From an uncultured Candidatus Saccharibacteria bacterium (lineage in GTDB: Bacteria > Patescibacteriota > Minisyncoccia > Phycocordibacterales > JACNGX01), in contig CAZULS010000001.1 of assembly GCA_964621395.1 (NCBI GenBank), positions 615 to 64,614 of the forward strand: a stretch of DNA of 64,000 bases, given 5' to 3'. A model generated the notes under the pieces. That model was given only the letters and a program-made list of their open reading frames with translations. It did not search any database and was not told the DNA's origin. Below are positions 9,441 to 19,077 of this stretch, one piece after another. Within the stretch, counting starts at the first letter, position 1. Each line of letters starts with the position of its first letter. The position numbers and the translations under genes are program-made.

Positions 9441-12400
9441 TTACCTCAAAGCGAAGCGCACCGTCTCATTCTCACCAAGTACCGCTTCCGTCGCGTCTTC
9501 AATTTCTTTCTCAAACACGATATTTCTGAGCGATGCTGTTTTCTGAATCATATCTTTGTATTCAGCGATGAGCGACTCAGCGATTGAATCAGCGGAAACA
9601 GCGAGTGTTACCACATCATCCGGCGATAGCCCCTTTGCTTTACGTGCATCTTGAATTGCACGCAAGAGTTCACGCACTTCCCCTTCGCGACGCAGATCAT
9701 CCGTGAGTTCTAAATCGAGACCTGTTCCATTCTCCGTCTTCGATTCGTCCACCACAATTTTCTTCACATTCACTTCATCTTTGATAAGTGCGGCATATCG
9801 CTCGTCGGAGACATACTCGCCCTTCTCGGCAACAAAAAGTGTCGAAAGCGGCTGGCGCACCTTCACCCCTTCGCGCTTGCGCACCAGAAGAGCGGAAGAC
9901 ACCACAGCGCGCACCTTTTCCATCGCGACAATCACCTCCTTTTCTTTCTTCCCCTCTTTCATCTCAATCCAGCTCTCCAAATGCACACTCTCTTTCTTTC
10001 CACCTGTGCGTCCGTACACACGCTCAGAAACAAACGGCGTAAAGGGTGCAAGGAGTATTGCCGTGGCACGAAGCACTTCTCCAAGTACTGCACGCGCCTC
10101 GCGTGCGTCGTTCCCCTCACCTTTCATACGCTCTCTGCTTCGACGCACATACCACGTGGAAAGATCATCCAGAAAGCCAACAAACGGTCTCGTCGCACGG
10201 TCGAGTTCATATGCATCCAAAGCTCGCGTCACATCACGCGACACCTCTCCAAGTCGCGCGAGAATCCATTGATCAAGCACGTTCTTGGGCGCGCCGCCTC
10301 CCGTGGCGCGTCCTTCTTGTCCTTCTTGCCCGGCGGTCCCTCGACCGCTTAGGGCCTCTCCCTTTGGGACGACAAGTTCATAGAAGGCCACCACATTCTC
10401 CAGTCGCGCAATAATTTTTTTATACACCTCATCAACACCCTTCTCGGAAAAGCGAAGTTCTTCACCGCGCACCGCCGGCGAATTCAAGAGATAGAAGCGA
10501 ATGGCATCGGCGCCATAGCGATCCGCCAGATTCATTGGATCAGGATAATTTTTCAGCTTCTTACTCATCTTCTTCCCATCTTCCGCCAAAATCAAACCGT
10601 TCACAATCACGTGGCGGTACGGCGACTCATCAAAAAGCCCGACGCCAAGCATAAGTAAGGTATAAAACCAACCGCGTGTTTGATCCAGTCCTTCAGCAAT
10701 AAAGTCTGCCGGAAAATATTTCTTGAATGATTCTTTCCCTTTCGCCGGATATCCAAATTGTGCAAACGGCATCGCACCGGATTCAAACCAGCAGTCAAAC
10801 ACATCGGGGATACGTGTGTAGGCAGTACCGTCTTTTTCAATTTCCACCTCATCAATATACGGACGATGCACATCAAGCTCGTACTCGGCATTGTGCGGCA
10901 AGGGCACAAAATCCAGCTTTCGATATGTGCCGGTAGATATAAAATCACCTTCTTGCTGTGCATATATCTCAACGATTTCATCTACCGTTCTCCCTTCTGC
11001 ACCTTCAAAGAGCATGCGCGTTGCACCATCATGCGTGACAAAAAGAACGTTTTTCCCCTCATATGTTTCCTCGCATCCATACAACACCTCACTGACTCGA
11101 CGCTTCACATCGACATTACTCTCCCCTTTCGGACGCGGCTTTGTCATCCATTCATGAGCGTTTGTAAAATGCTCATCATCAACACTAACCGGCTTCCCTT
11201 CAAAATCACCAAAGTCATGCTCGCGAATTCCTTCCTCAATAACAATTGCGTCTTCCGGAAATCCGAGACCTTCGGCAACAAGCTTAGCAGTCTCACGCGT
11301 ACGCACCAAGGGCGATGCGATAATCACATCCGGCATGAAGCCTTCTTTCTTCATTCTTTCCACCGCCTCTGTAATTTCTTCTTTTCCTTTCTCTGTTACA
11401 TGATGTTCGTTCTCCGGAAGACCGGAATAAATTCCTGCCACATTACTCTCCGCTTCACCATGACGCATCACTACATAGGTATTGCCGGCAGTCTTTGTAT
11501 ACTTTTTCAATGTTGCCACACTATCAACCACCAATCGCTCACCCCTCTCATTCTCCCACACAGGCAAGGGAGCCCCCCAGAAACGCTGACGAGAAAAATT
11601 CCAGTCCGGCGCACCTTCAAGGAGATTTGCAAAACGCGCCGAGCCAATCTTCTCCGGCACCCAGCCAATCTTTTTATTTTTCTTCAGCGCACGGTCCTTG
11701 AGCTTTTGAATATCAATAAACCACGCCTCTGTCGCATAATTCAGAAGTGGTGTATCACAACGCCAACAATGCGGATACGGGTGTTCATACTTTTCTTTCG
11801 CAAAAAAGGCGTTGTGTTCTTGCAGATACTTGATCACTGCAATATCGGTTGCAAGACGCTCTTTCTCATCATCACTTCTTGGCTTCACCGCCATACCGGA
11901 AAGCACCTCCACCGTATCCTTCACGATGCCCGTATCATCCACATGCTGCACAAACGGCAGATTATGTTTCTTCCCAAGTGTAAGATCGTCTTCACCAAAC
12001 GCCGGCGCAATGTGCACAATACCGGTTCCGTCTTCGGTTGTCACAAAATCACCCGCATAGATTTTCCATCCGTTTTCACGGTGTTCAAGATTCTCGTCGT
12101 CAGCGTAGTATGGGAAGAGTGGCTTATATGCTTTACCCACAAGCTCTCCTCCCTTCATCTCTCCCTCGACATCATATTCCTTTATACCTGCCTTCTCGAA
12201 CACATCTCCCACCCTCTCTTTGGCAACGATATATCGCGCACCACTCGCAAGGACAATCACATACTCAATATCCTCTCCCACAGCCAAAGCCACATTGCCC
12301 GGCAGTGTCCACGGCGTGGTAGTCCACGCGAGAACGTAAGTTCTCGTGTGCCCCGCGGAGCCTTGGCGGAGTAGGGCATCTCCATCTTCCCCACCATCAT

Positions 12401-13142
12401 CAACCAATTCAAACTTCGCAATCACCGACAAGTCCTTCACGTCCTTGTACCCTTGCGACACCTCATTATTCGAAAGCGTTGTCTCACATCGCGGGCAGAT
12501 ATGCATAGAACGATATCCTTTCGTGATGAGTCCCTTTTTATCGAGCTCAGAAAACGCCCACCATACCGATTCGGTGTATGAGGTATCCATCGTTTTATAC
12601 GCATGATCCATGTCGATAAATCGTCCCATGCGCGGCACGGTTCGCTTCCATTCCTCGTCGTAGCGCATCACACTTCCGCGCGCGCGTTCATTGAATTTCC
12701 CGATGCCATATTTCTCAACATCTTTTTTGTTTTCCAATTCGAGCTCTTCTTCAATCAACACCTCCACCGGCAATCCATGACAATCCCATCCCCATTGCCT
12801 GCGGACATGATTTCCCTGCATTGTTTTGTATCGCGGAATTGCATCCTTCATCGTCCCGGCCAAGAGATGACCATAGTGCGGTGTACCGGTCGCAAATGGA
12901 GGTCCATCATAAAACACAAACTCCTTGCCGCCCTCTGTCGCCTCAAGCGTGCGCTCAAAAATACGTTGCTGTCTCCAGAGCGCAAGTGTTTCTTCTTCTT
13001 TACGCGCAACGTCGGAGAGGGTGCGGTTCCCCTCCATGGCCTTGGCGACGGAGGGTGTCTCCTTTGTTGTATCTGCGTGAGAGGACATCTCATCTCCTTT
13101 TCCACAACCGGGAGAACATGTTTTTGGCACAGACTGACTCAT
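9441..13142 (-). CDS. ileS: Isoleucine--tRNA ligase carrying an inserted histidine-phosphatase (PGAM-type) domain
   Basis: HYGH (PHYGHLLAG) and KMSKS (KMSKKL) motifs. The C-terminal tRNA-binding region is present. About 190 aa between PDWNFSRQRFWGAPLPVWE and RIPDVFDCWFESG carry RHGEAESN...RTRETA...EHDFGDFEG...VTHDGATR. Confidence 0.9.
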   Translation of the reverse strand: MSQSVPKTCSPGCGKGDEMSSHADTTKETPSVAKAMEGNRTLSDVARKEEETLALWRQQRIFERTLEATEGGKEFVFYDGPPFATGTPHYGHLLAGTMKDAIPRYKTMQGNHVRRQWGWDCHGLPVEVLIEEELELENKKDVEKYGIGKFNERARGSVMRYDEEWKRTVPRMGRFIDMDHAYKTMDTSYTESVWWAFSELDKKGLITKGYRSMHICPRCETTLSNNEVSQGYKDVKDLSVIAKFELVDDGGEDGDALLRQGSAGHTRTYVLAWTTTPWTLPGNVALAVGEDIEYVIVLASGARYIVAKERVGDVFEKAGIKEYDVEGEMKGGELVGKAYKPLFPYYADDENLEHRENGWKIYAGDFVTTEDGTGIVHIAPAFGEDDLTLGKKHNLPFVQHVDDTGIVKDTVEVLSGMAVKPRSDDEKERLATDIAVIKYLQEHNAFFAKEKYEHPYPHCWRCDTPLLNYATEAWFIDIQKLKDRALKKNKKIGWVPEKIGSARFANLLEGAPDWNFSRQRFWGAPLPVWENERGERLVVDSVATLKKYTKTAGNTYVVMRHGEAESNVAGIYSGLPENEHHVTEKGKEEITEAVERMKKEGFMPDVIIASPLVRTRETAKLVAEGLGFPEDAIVIEEGIREHDFGDFEGKPVSVDDEHFTNAHEWMTKPRPKGESNVDVKRRVSEVLYGCEETYEGKNVLFVTHDGATRMLFEGAEGRTVDEIVEIYAQQEGDFISTGTYRKLDFVPLPHNAEYELDVHRPYIDEVEIEKDGTAYTRIPDVFDCWFESGAMPFAQFGYPAKGKESFKKYFPADFIAEGLDQTRGWFYTLLMLGVGLFDESPYRHVIVNGLILAEDGKKMSKKLKNYPDPMNLADRYGADAIRFYLLNSPAVRGEELRFSEKGVDEVYKKIIARLENVVAFYELVVPKGEALSGRGTAGQEGQEGRATGGGAPKNVLDQWILARLGEVSRDVTRALDAYELDRATRPFVGFLDDLSTWYVRRSRERMKGEGNDAREARAVLGEVLRATAILLAPFTPFVSERVYGRTGGKKESVHLESWIEMKEGKKEKEVIVAMEKVRAVVSSALLVRKREGVKVRQPLSTLFVAEKGEYVSDERYAALIKDEVNVKKIVVDESKTENGTGLDLELTDDLRREGEVRELLRAIQDARKAKGLSPDDVVTLAVSADSIAESLIAEYKDMIQKTASLRNIVFEKEIEDATEAVLGENETVRFALR

Positions 13143-13216
13143 ATACGCTGTACTATAGCATATTTTAGGAGATTAGTATGTTAGGAGAATAGGAGATTAA
13201 AGAAAAACAAAACTGT

Positions 13217-13285
13217 TGTCATCCCGCATTCCGTGCCGAGCACTTTTTTCACTTTAGTGAAAATGGTGCTTGGTGATGCGGAATC
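13217..13285. repeat. Compact copy of the composite MITE-like element (tgtcatcccgcat...ttttcactttagtgaaaa...gatgcggaatc)
   Basis: Terminal inverted repeats match the stem-loop family. The internal part is a cactttagtgaaa palindrome shared with the 130-nt copies. Confidence 0.6.
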
Positions 13286-13287
13286 TT

Positions 13288-13341
13288 ACAAAACCAAAGG
13301 TGAGCTTTGGTATGCATACCAAAGCTCACCTTTGGTTTTGT
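13288..13341. repeat. Perfect 25-bp-arm palindrome (acaaaaccaaaggtgagctttggtat-gc-ataccaaagctcacctttggttttgt)
   Basis: Seen directly. Lies in the divergent region between ileS and the plus-strand gene at 13491. A further GC hairpin gcgccccggatgac-ttc-gtcatccggggcgc sits at 13387-13417. Confidence 0.8.
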
Positions 13342-13490
13342 CGTACCCACTCACACCTTCATTCTTAATTCGTAACTCTTTATTCTGCGCCCCGGATGAC
13401 TTCGTCATCCGGGGCGCTTGACTTCCCCTCATCTTTCAGGTAGATATAAAGGCAGTAACACGTTCCCAAAAACCAAAAACAAACACGAAC

Positions 13491-14243
13491 ATGACACAGT
13501 CAAACGCAACAAACACCGTTGAAGAATACAGAGACATGATTCTCCGGCAGGTAGAAAAAGTAGCTGGTGGCTCCAAAGATGATCTCCTTTCCTTTTATTA
13601 TGAAAAATATGATCACCGTACACACGATGAAAAAAATAAATTCCGTGTCGCACTATCGACCGTCATTGAAGATGTATTCAGCTCAGATCCGCCTATCAAC
13701 CCTGTCGTTTGGACAAAAGAACTCATCGACCTTGTTGCTCTGACACTTGCAGACGAAGCGCTAACAAAAGTCCTTGGGCACTCAAAGAGAATGCTTGGTA
13801 AAAAGAAAGGTGGCTACGAAGAAAGACGTCAGAGAACGTTCACCTTGCTTTCCGACACAATCCAAAATATATTTCTCGACCAGAACGATCTGTTCAGACC
13901 GGAGTGGATCACAAAATTTGCAGAAAGCACATTCTTCAATCCCGAAAAAGATGCTATCCATATTCTTCTTATGGTCGCACGGACCATACCTGACGAATTC
14001 GAGACGTTTGTCGTCTCTATGCGCAAGCATGTAAACACCCTTGTTGTCCGTACAGACAGGGATAAGGTACGTGTTTATGCATACGCACAAGAAATCGTCG
14101 ACAAAATCGGAAAGAGACGGGCAGTACTTTCTCTCGGTATTGAAGATTACAGACTGAAAGAAATTCTCTTCCTGGAAGAAGATTCTCCTTTCAGAATAAT
14201 CGCAAAAGAGGACATGCACAAACTCCTCGAACCCCCGAAATGA
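13491..14243 (+). CDS. Hypothetical protein (250 aa)
   Basis: Long ORF with a balanced composition, followed by two rho-independent-type hairpins (14232-14255, 14264-14297). No recognisable family motif. Confidence 0.5.
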   Translation: MTQSNATNTVEEYRDMILRQVEKVAGGSKDDLLSFYYEKYDHRTHDEKNKFRVALSTVIEDVFSSDPPINPVVWTKELIDLVALTLADEALTKVLGHSKRMLGKKKGGYEERRQRTFTLLSDTIQNIFLDQNDLFRPEWITKFAESTFFNPEKDAIHILLMVARTIPDEFETFVVSMRKHVNTLVVRTDRDKVRVYAYAQEIVDKIGKRRAVLSLGIEDYRLKEILFLEEDSPFRIIAKEDMHKLLEPPK

Positions 14244-14263
14244 CACGGGGGTTTTTATATATA

Positions 14264-14297
14264 CACAAGCGCGGCGACCGTAAGGTCGCCGCGCTTG
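14264..14297. terminator. Bidirectional terminator hairpin between convergent genes (acaagcgcggcgacc-gtaa-ggtcgccgcgcttgt followed by T-run)
   Basis: GC-rich perfect stem with T-runs on both strands, between the 13491-14243 (+) gene and argS (-). Confidence 0.6.
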
Positions 14298-14432
14298 TGT
14301 TTTTTTCTCCGGCGCGCGTTAGCGCGCCTTTTCTAATAACTACCAACTAAAAACTAACAACTCCTCCATTTCTTCGCCATCATCCAAACAACCACCCTCT
14401 CGAAACTCGATACTCGCAACTCGAAACTCCTT

Positions 14433-16121
14433 TTACATTCTCTCAGGCACGGAAATCCCGAGAAGCGACAATCCCGATTCAAGCGTTGAGGCGACGGCTT
14501 TCGCGAGCGCCACGCGATACGGCGCTTCCTCCATCTCGGAGACAATCGGCGTGTGCGCGTAGTATGCATTAAATGCCTGCGCAATATCGGTGATTGCCGT
14601 CACAATCCTATGTGGCATACGCGCTCTTGCGCTCTCGCGCACATCTTCCGGGAAGCGCGCAATGAGTCGTTCGAGTTCACCAATATCATCACCCTCTTTC
14701 GTAATATCAGCAACGATACCCACTTCTTTTGCTTTCTCAACCACCGAGCGGGCACGCACCGCCGTATACTGCACATACGGTCCTGAAGCCCCTTCAAAGG
14801 AAAGCCACTTCTCAGCATCGTAGACAATATTCTTCCCTGTCTCTCCGCGCAGCACTCCATATTTGAGTGCGGAAACAGCAACCATATTCGCAATACTCCC
14901 ATCATCGTCCACACCATTTTCTTTGAGCTTCCCGGCGGCGCGCTCGGTCACTTCATTAAGAAGCGATTCGCCCGTCACCACATTCCCCTTGCGCGACGAC
15001 ATCTTCCCTTCCGCAAGCTGCATCATACCGTGTGAGATATGTTCGAAGCGACCGGCCGTCTCAGGCTTCATCTTTGCAAGCGCGGCAAACACCACCTTGA
15101 AATATTCTTTCTGCTCTTCAGCGGTAATCGTGTAAAACGTTTTCGCATTGGGAAATGCCTCGAGTTTCGAAATCGCCAATCCAATATCCTTCGCCTCATA
15201 TGTCGGCAATCCTTTTCCGCCGATAAATACACGAGTATGGAGCCCGCTTTCTTCACCTCTGTACACGACAGCACCTTCCGATTCTTCAAACACATTTCCC
15301 ACATGCTCTAAAACGGCATCACGTCCTTTCTTCCATGTCTCACTTTCAAAAACATACGTATCAAAAGCTGTGCCGAGTTTTTGATAGAGCTCTTCAAAAT
15401 GCTCAAGTGTTGTCTTTCTTCCCGCATCATAGAGAGTGTTGAGCTCCTCATCATCGCGCTCATACACATGTGTGTTGAGTGTGTCAATCGCGTGCTTCGC
15501 TTCTCCCCCTTCTTCATATTTTTCATTCCCATATACATACGCTTTGCCAATGGCGAGAACATCGTCCGGCGACACATCGAGCTCCTTCATGCCATACAAT
15601 GCTTTGGCAACATGCAAACCCACATCCCCTTGATAATTCATGCGCACCACATTATCACCTTCCGCTTCCAGGAGTCGACACAGCGACTCCCCAATCGCAT
15701 TACTCATCAAGTGACCAATATGAAAAAGCTTAAACGGATTCGGATCGGTATATTCCACGACAACCGTCTCCCCCGTCTTTTCATCCGCATACCCATATTT
15801 CTCTTCCGTTGTCTGGACCAAGCGCGAGAGAATCACGCTTTTGGAAAGTGTAATATTAATGAATCCGGGACCGGCCACAGACGCTCCCGAAACCATACCC
15901 TCACTATCGGCCTCAGAAATATGCTTCTCAATGCTTTCGGCAAGCTCACGCGGATTCTTTCCCGTCTCCTTTGCACTCACAAGCGCAATATTGCTCGCAT
16001 AATCCCCGTGCGTCATATCCGCCGGCACCTCCACATGCACATCTTCTGGGCGCACCAAAACACCCGCTTTTTCAGCAGAAAGAGCAATCACTGATTGAAG
16101 ATATTCGGGAATGTAAAACAT
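14433..16121 (-). CDS. argS: Arginine--tRNA ligase
   Basis: HIGH motif (FHIGHLMSNAIGESL), N-terminal Arg_tRNA_synt_N-like region, C-terminal DALR-type anticodon-binding region. 562 aa. Confidence 0.95.
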   Translation of the reverse strand: MFYIPEYLQSVIALSAEKAGVLVRPEDVHVEVPADMTHGDYASNIALVSAKETGKNPRELAESIEKHISEADSEGMVSGASVAGPGFINITLSKSVILSRLVQTTEEKYGYADEKTGETVVVEYTDPNPFKLFHIGHLMSNAIGESLCRLLEAEGDNVVRMNYQGDVGLHVAKALYGMKELDVSPDDVLAIGKAYVYGNEKYEEGGEAKHAIDTLNTHVYERDDEELNTLYDAGRKTTLEHFEELYQKLGTAFDTYVFESETWKKGRDAVLEHVGNVFEESEGAVVYRGEESGLHTRVFIGGKGLPTYEAKDIGLAISKLEAFPNAKTFYTITAEEQKEYFKVVFAALAKMKPETAGRFEHISHGMMQLAEGKMSSRKGNVVTGESLLNEVTERAAGKLKENGVDDDGSIANMVAVSALKYGVLRGETGKNIVYDAEKWLSFEGASGPYVQYTAVRARSVVEKAKEVGIVADITKEGDDIGELERLIARFPEDVRESARARMPHRIVTAITDIAQAFNAYYAHTPIVSEMEEAPYRVALAKAVASTLESGLSLLGISVPERM

Positions 16122-16277
16122 GGTATACGAGTGAAGAGTTGAGAGTTAAGAGAAAGCGGTCGTTTTGATGTTGGGGAACATGTTGGGGAAGTTGTTAGTT
16201 TTTAGTTGGTAGTTATTAGTCCGCGCGCTACTTGTCCCACGAAGCCGCTGCGGAGTGGGAACGCGCACTCAAACACC

Positions 16278-16333
16278 GAACCGACCAAGGTTAAACCTTG
16301 GTATAAATACCAAGGTTTAACCTTGGTCGGTTC
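16278..16333. repeat. Perfect 27-bp-arm palindrome of the aaggtttaacctt family
   Basis: gaaccgaccaaggttaaaccttggtat-aa-ataccaaggtttaaccttggtcggttc. Confidence 0.8.
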
Positions 16334-16860
16334 CCAATCAATACCGGCAGTATAGCATAAAACGAACCCCCTCGAGAGAACTGAATCTCAAGAGAGGGTC
16401 ACGGCTTGGGCGTGTTAAGCCGTTACAGTAGTACCGCCGGTGATGTAGGTCGTAGAAGTGGAAACTACCACCGAAGGCGGATCATGGTAATGCAACATAT
16501 GCACCTCCATAATTGGCCGGAGTCTGTCTCGCTCTTCTGGGAGGACGAATCGGCAAAAATGAAACTATGTCCAGAAAGAACAACAGACCCCCATTGTACA
16601 CATTTCTGCAAAACGGCGCAACTCTTATGAGCATATTCCATAAAAAAGTCGCCCTTGTGAGGATACTGTGTGATGTCTCGACGGCTTCTTCTGGGATGGT
16701 CAGAAGCCGGAGATATGCGGTGTTCGTTCTTCTGTCGGATCATAGCAACCTTCTGTGGGGTCACAACAGTATCCGGACACTTCCGGTGAGCAGGATTCAA
16801 CCGCTCCTACGATGAGAGTTTCCATAACGCACTCCGTCTTGATTCTAAAAAAATCTGAAG

Positions 16861-17496
16861 TCAATTCGCAATCATTCTCTTCACTGCTTCAAGCGCCGCT
16901 TCCCTGGCTTGTATTTCATTAAGAGCAACGGTATCGATAATGACATAGTGATCTTCGGGCATAGACGCGAGCTCTTTGTGATACGCCTCGCGAACGCGAG
17001 TGTGGAATGCAACACTCTCCGTATCAAAGCGAGTTTTGGTGGTACCATGTTCCCCCACGACTCGCGAAAGACCGATTTCCGGTTCTACATCAAGAAAGAT
17101 ATAGTATGGCTCCGCATACGGCGCCACAATACGTCCGTAGAGCTCACGATAGAGCACTTCCAACTCCGGACGTTCCCTTCCCACAATCTGATACGCATAG
17201 GTGGAAAGTGCGAAACGGTCACACATCACATGCTTGCCGGAGGCAAGTGCCGGCTCAATCACTCTTTTCATATGCTCAGCCCGATCAGCGAAAAAGAGAA
17301 GGAGTTCTGTTTCGGGAGTCATTTCTTTTTCCAGAAGAAGCGCACGAATACTGCCTCCGATATCAGTACCGCCCGGTTCACGAGTGTACACAAACCCTTC
17401 ATCACCAAGATTTTTGCGCACATAGTCGAAACACGTCCCTTTCCCGGCTCCATCCCCTCCTTCAAAGACGATGAGTTTTCCGCGATTTGTGTTCAT
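16861..17496 (-). CDS. tmk: Thymidylate kinase
   Basis: P-loop LIVFEGGDGAGKGT and a DRF...STYAYQ lid region. Start trimmed to MNTNRGK (ATG 17496) because the upstream ORF extension runs into repeat elements. Confidence 0.8.
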   Translation of the reverse strand: MNTNRGKLIVFEGGDGAGKGTCFDYVRKNLGDEGFVYTREPGGTDIGGSIRALLLEKEMTPETELLLFFADRAEHMKRVIEPALASGKHVMCDRFALSTYAYQIVGRERPELEVLYRELYGRIVAPYAEPYYIFLDVEPEIGLSRVVGEHGTTKTRFDTESVAFHTRVREAYHKELASMPEDHYVIIDTVALNEIQAREAALEAVKRMIAN

Positions 17497-17667
17497 AGTT
17501 TCTCTATGATACCACATGGGGCGTGGAGCATGAATCACGGAGCACGACAAAACCCCCATACTGTCATTCCCAACTTGATTGGGAATCTTATTAAATAACC
17601 TCTACAGACAACATACCGAAGATTCCCGCTCAGGGGCGGGAATGACAATGCTGGAGTTTTATACACA

Positions 17668-17705
17668 AAAGCGCCACACCCGAAGGGTGCGGCGCTTTTT
17701 TATCG
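17668..17705. terminator. Rho-independent terminator downstream of rplK (gcgccacaccc-gaa-gggtgcggcgc + T-run)
   Basis: GC stem with a T-run on the minus strand immediately after the rplK stop. Also has a T-run on the plus strand. Confidence 0.6.
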
Positions 17706-17728
17706 TTTAACGTTTATAGTTTATCGTT

Positions 17729-18151
17729 CTATTTCACATCAATCCCCATCGAACGCGCTGTTCCTTCGATGATGCGTGTGGCACCTTCGATGTCAGTAGC
17801 GTTTAGGTCGGGCATTTTACGTTCTGCAATTTCAGCAACTTGTGCACGAGTGATGGAACCAGCTTTTTTCACCGGCGTCTTCCCCGATCCTTTCTGCACG
17901 CCCGCAGCTTTCAGGATGAGCGATGAAGCCGGAGGAGTTTTCAAAATGAAATCAAATGAACGATCTTCGTATACACTGATTTCCACCGGAATAATGTCAT
18001 TGCCCATCTCACGTGTCTGCTCGTTGAATTGATTCACAAATTCACCGATAGCAACACCTGCTTGTCCGAGCGCCGGACCAAGCGTGCCGGCAGGAGTCGC
18101 CTTTCCGGCAGGTACCTGCACCTTTAGCTTTTTCATGACTTGTTTTGCCAT
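17729..18151 (-). CDS. rplK: 50S ribosomal protein L11
   Basis: [46 protein letters not shown]..., a canonical L11 sequence. Confidence 0.95.
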   Translation of the reverse strand: MAKQVMKKLKVQVPAGKATPAGTLGPALGQAGVAIGEFVNQFNEQTREMGNDIIPVEISVYEDRSFDFILKTPPASSLILKAAGVQKGSGKTPVKKAGSITRAQVAEIAERKMPDLNATDIEGATRIIEGTARSMGIDVK

Positions 18152-18369
18152 ATGTTAGGAAATTAAAGATTAGGAGATTAAATATTAAAGGCGATTTCAC
18201 GAAAAGGGGCGTAACTTCCTTCGCTGTGCGAAGACCCTTTTCTCACCTTCTTTCTTAGAAGCTCTGATACCATACCGCATTTTTCGCCTTGATGCAAGCC
18301 ACTAAAAGTGAAATAAGAAAAATGAAATACGAAATATGTATGCGATGACAATGCTTACATACGCATCAC

Positions 18370-18408
18370 AAAAAAAGCGGCGGCACCTTCGGTGCCGCCG
18401 CTTTTTTG
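18370..18408. terminator. Terminator hairpin after nusG (gcggcggcacc-ttc-ggtgccgccgc flanked by A/T runs)
   Basis: Perfect 11-bp GC stem with T-runs on both sides. Lies between nusG and rplK. Confidence 0.65.
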
Positions 18409-18473
18409 CCTTATCTTAGGTGCGGCGTAGCCGCGCATTTCTCTTAACTCTCAACTCTTTTCTCTTCACTCTT

Positions 18474-19019
18474 CTACGCCTTCTTCACCTGAAGAAAGTC
18501 AAGCTCCACCGGTGTCTCACGTCCAAACATTGAAACTAGCACCTTCACCTTGCCACGCTCTGTGTCCACTTCACTCACCTTCCCTTCAAATTCCTTAAAC
18601 GGACCGTCCATGACAATCACCGGATCATCCACTGAGAGATCAATGTCATGCTTCACATCCTTCTTCTCCATGCGTGAGAAGAGCATATCAATTTCCGATT
18701 TTTCAACCGGCACCGGCTGTGTTCCCGCACCGATAAATCCGGTCACGCGCGGAGTGTTGCGCACCACATACCACGATTCATCGTCCACGATCATATCCAC
18801 GAGCACATATCCGGGATAGATATTTTCTTCCACTTCCACGCGCTTTCCGCCCTTCACCTTCACTGTCTTTTCCACCGGTACCACAACATCAAAAATCTTC
18901 TCCTCCATGCCGAGGGATTCGATGCGCTGTTTGAGATTACGCTCCACCGCCTTTTCATAGCCCACATAGGTGTGGACGGCGTACCAATTACGCCCGCGTT
19001 GTGTGTCTTGTTTTGCCAT
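18474..19019 (-). CDS. nusG: Transcription termination/antitermination factor NusG
   Basis: NGN domain (WYAVHTYVGYEKAV) and KOW motif (GPFKEFEGKVSEVD). Gene order is secE-nusG-rplK. Confidence 0.95.
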   Translation of the reverse strand: MAKQDTQRGRNWYAVHTYVGYEKAVERNLKQRIESLGMEEKIFDVVVPVEKTVKVKGGKRVEVEENIYPGYVLVDMIVDDESWYVVRNTPRVTGFIGAGTQPVPVEKSEIDMLFSRMEKKDVKHDIDLSVDDPVIVMDGPFKEFEGKVSEVDTERGKVKVLVSMFGRETPVELDFLQVKKA

Positions 19020-19077
19020 ACTAGAAACGAAAAACTATAAACGATTAACGATAAAAACTCGCGCTACGCGCTCGGGG

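Noticed and set aside
10758-12374. 538-aa plus-strand ORF
   Set aside because: Entirely antisense to ileS. Its composition is typical of a GC-skewed antisense frame (Arg/Cys/His-rich). No motifs.
15381-16094. 237-aa plus-strand ORF
   Set aside because: Antisense to argS. Low-complexity hydrophobic/His-rich translation.
16380-16860. RNase P RNA or tmRNA call
   Set aside because: Only partial similarities were found, and the order and spacing are inconsistent with the P4 pseudoknot or with a tag reading frame plus tRNA-like end. I kept this as a low-interest finding rather than a feature.
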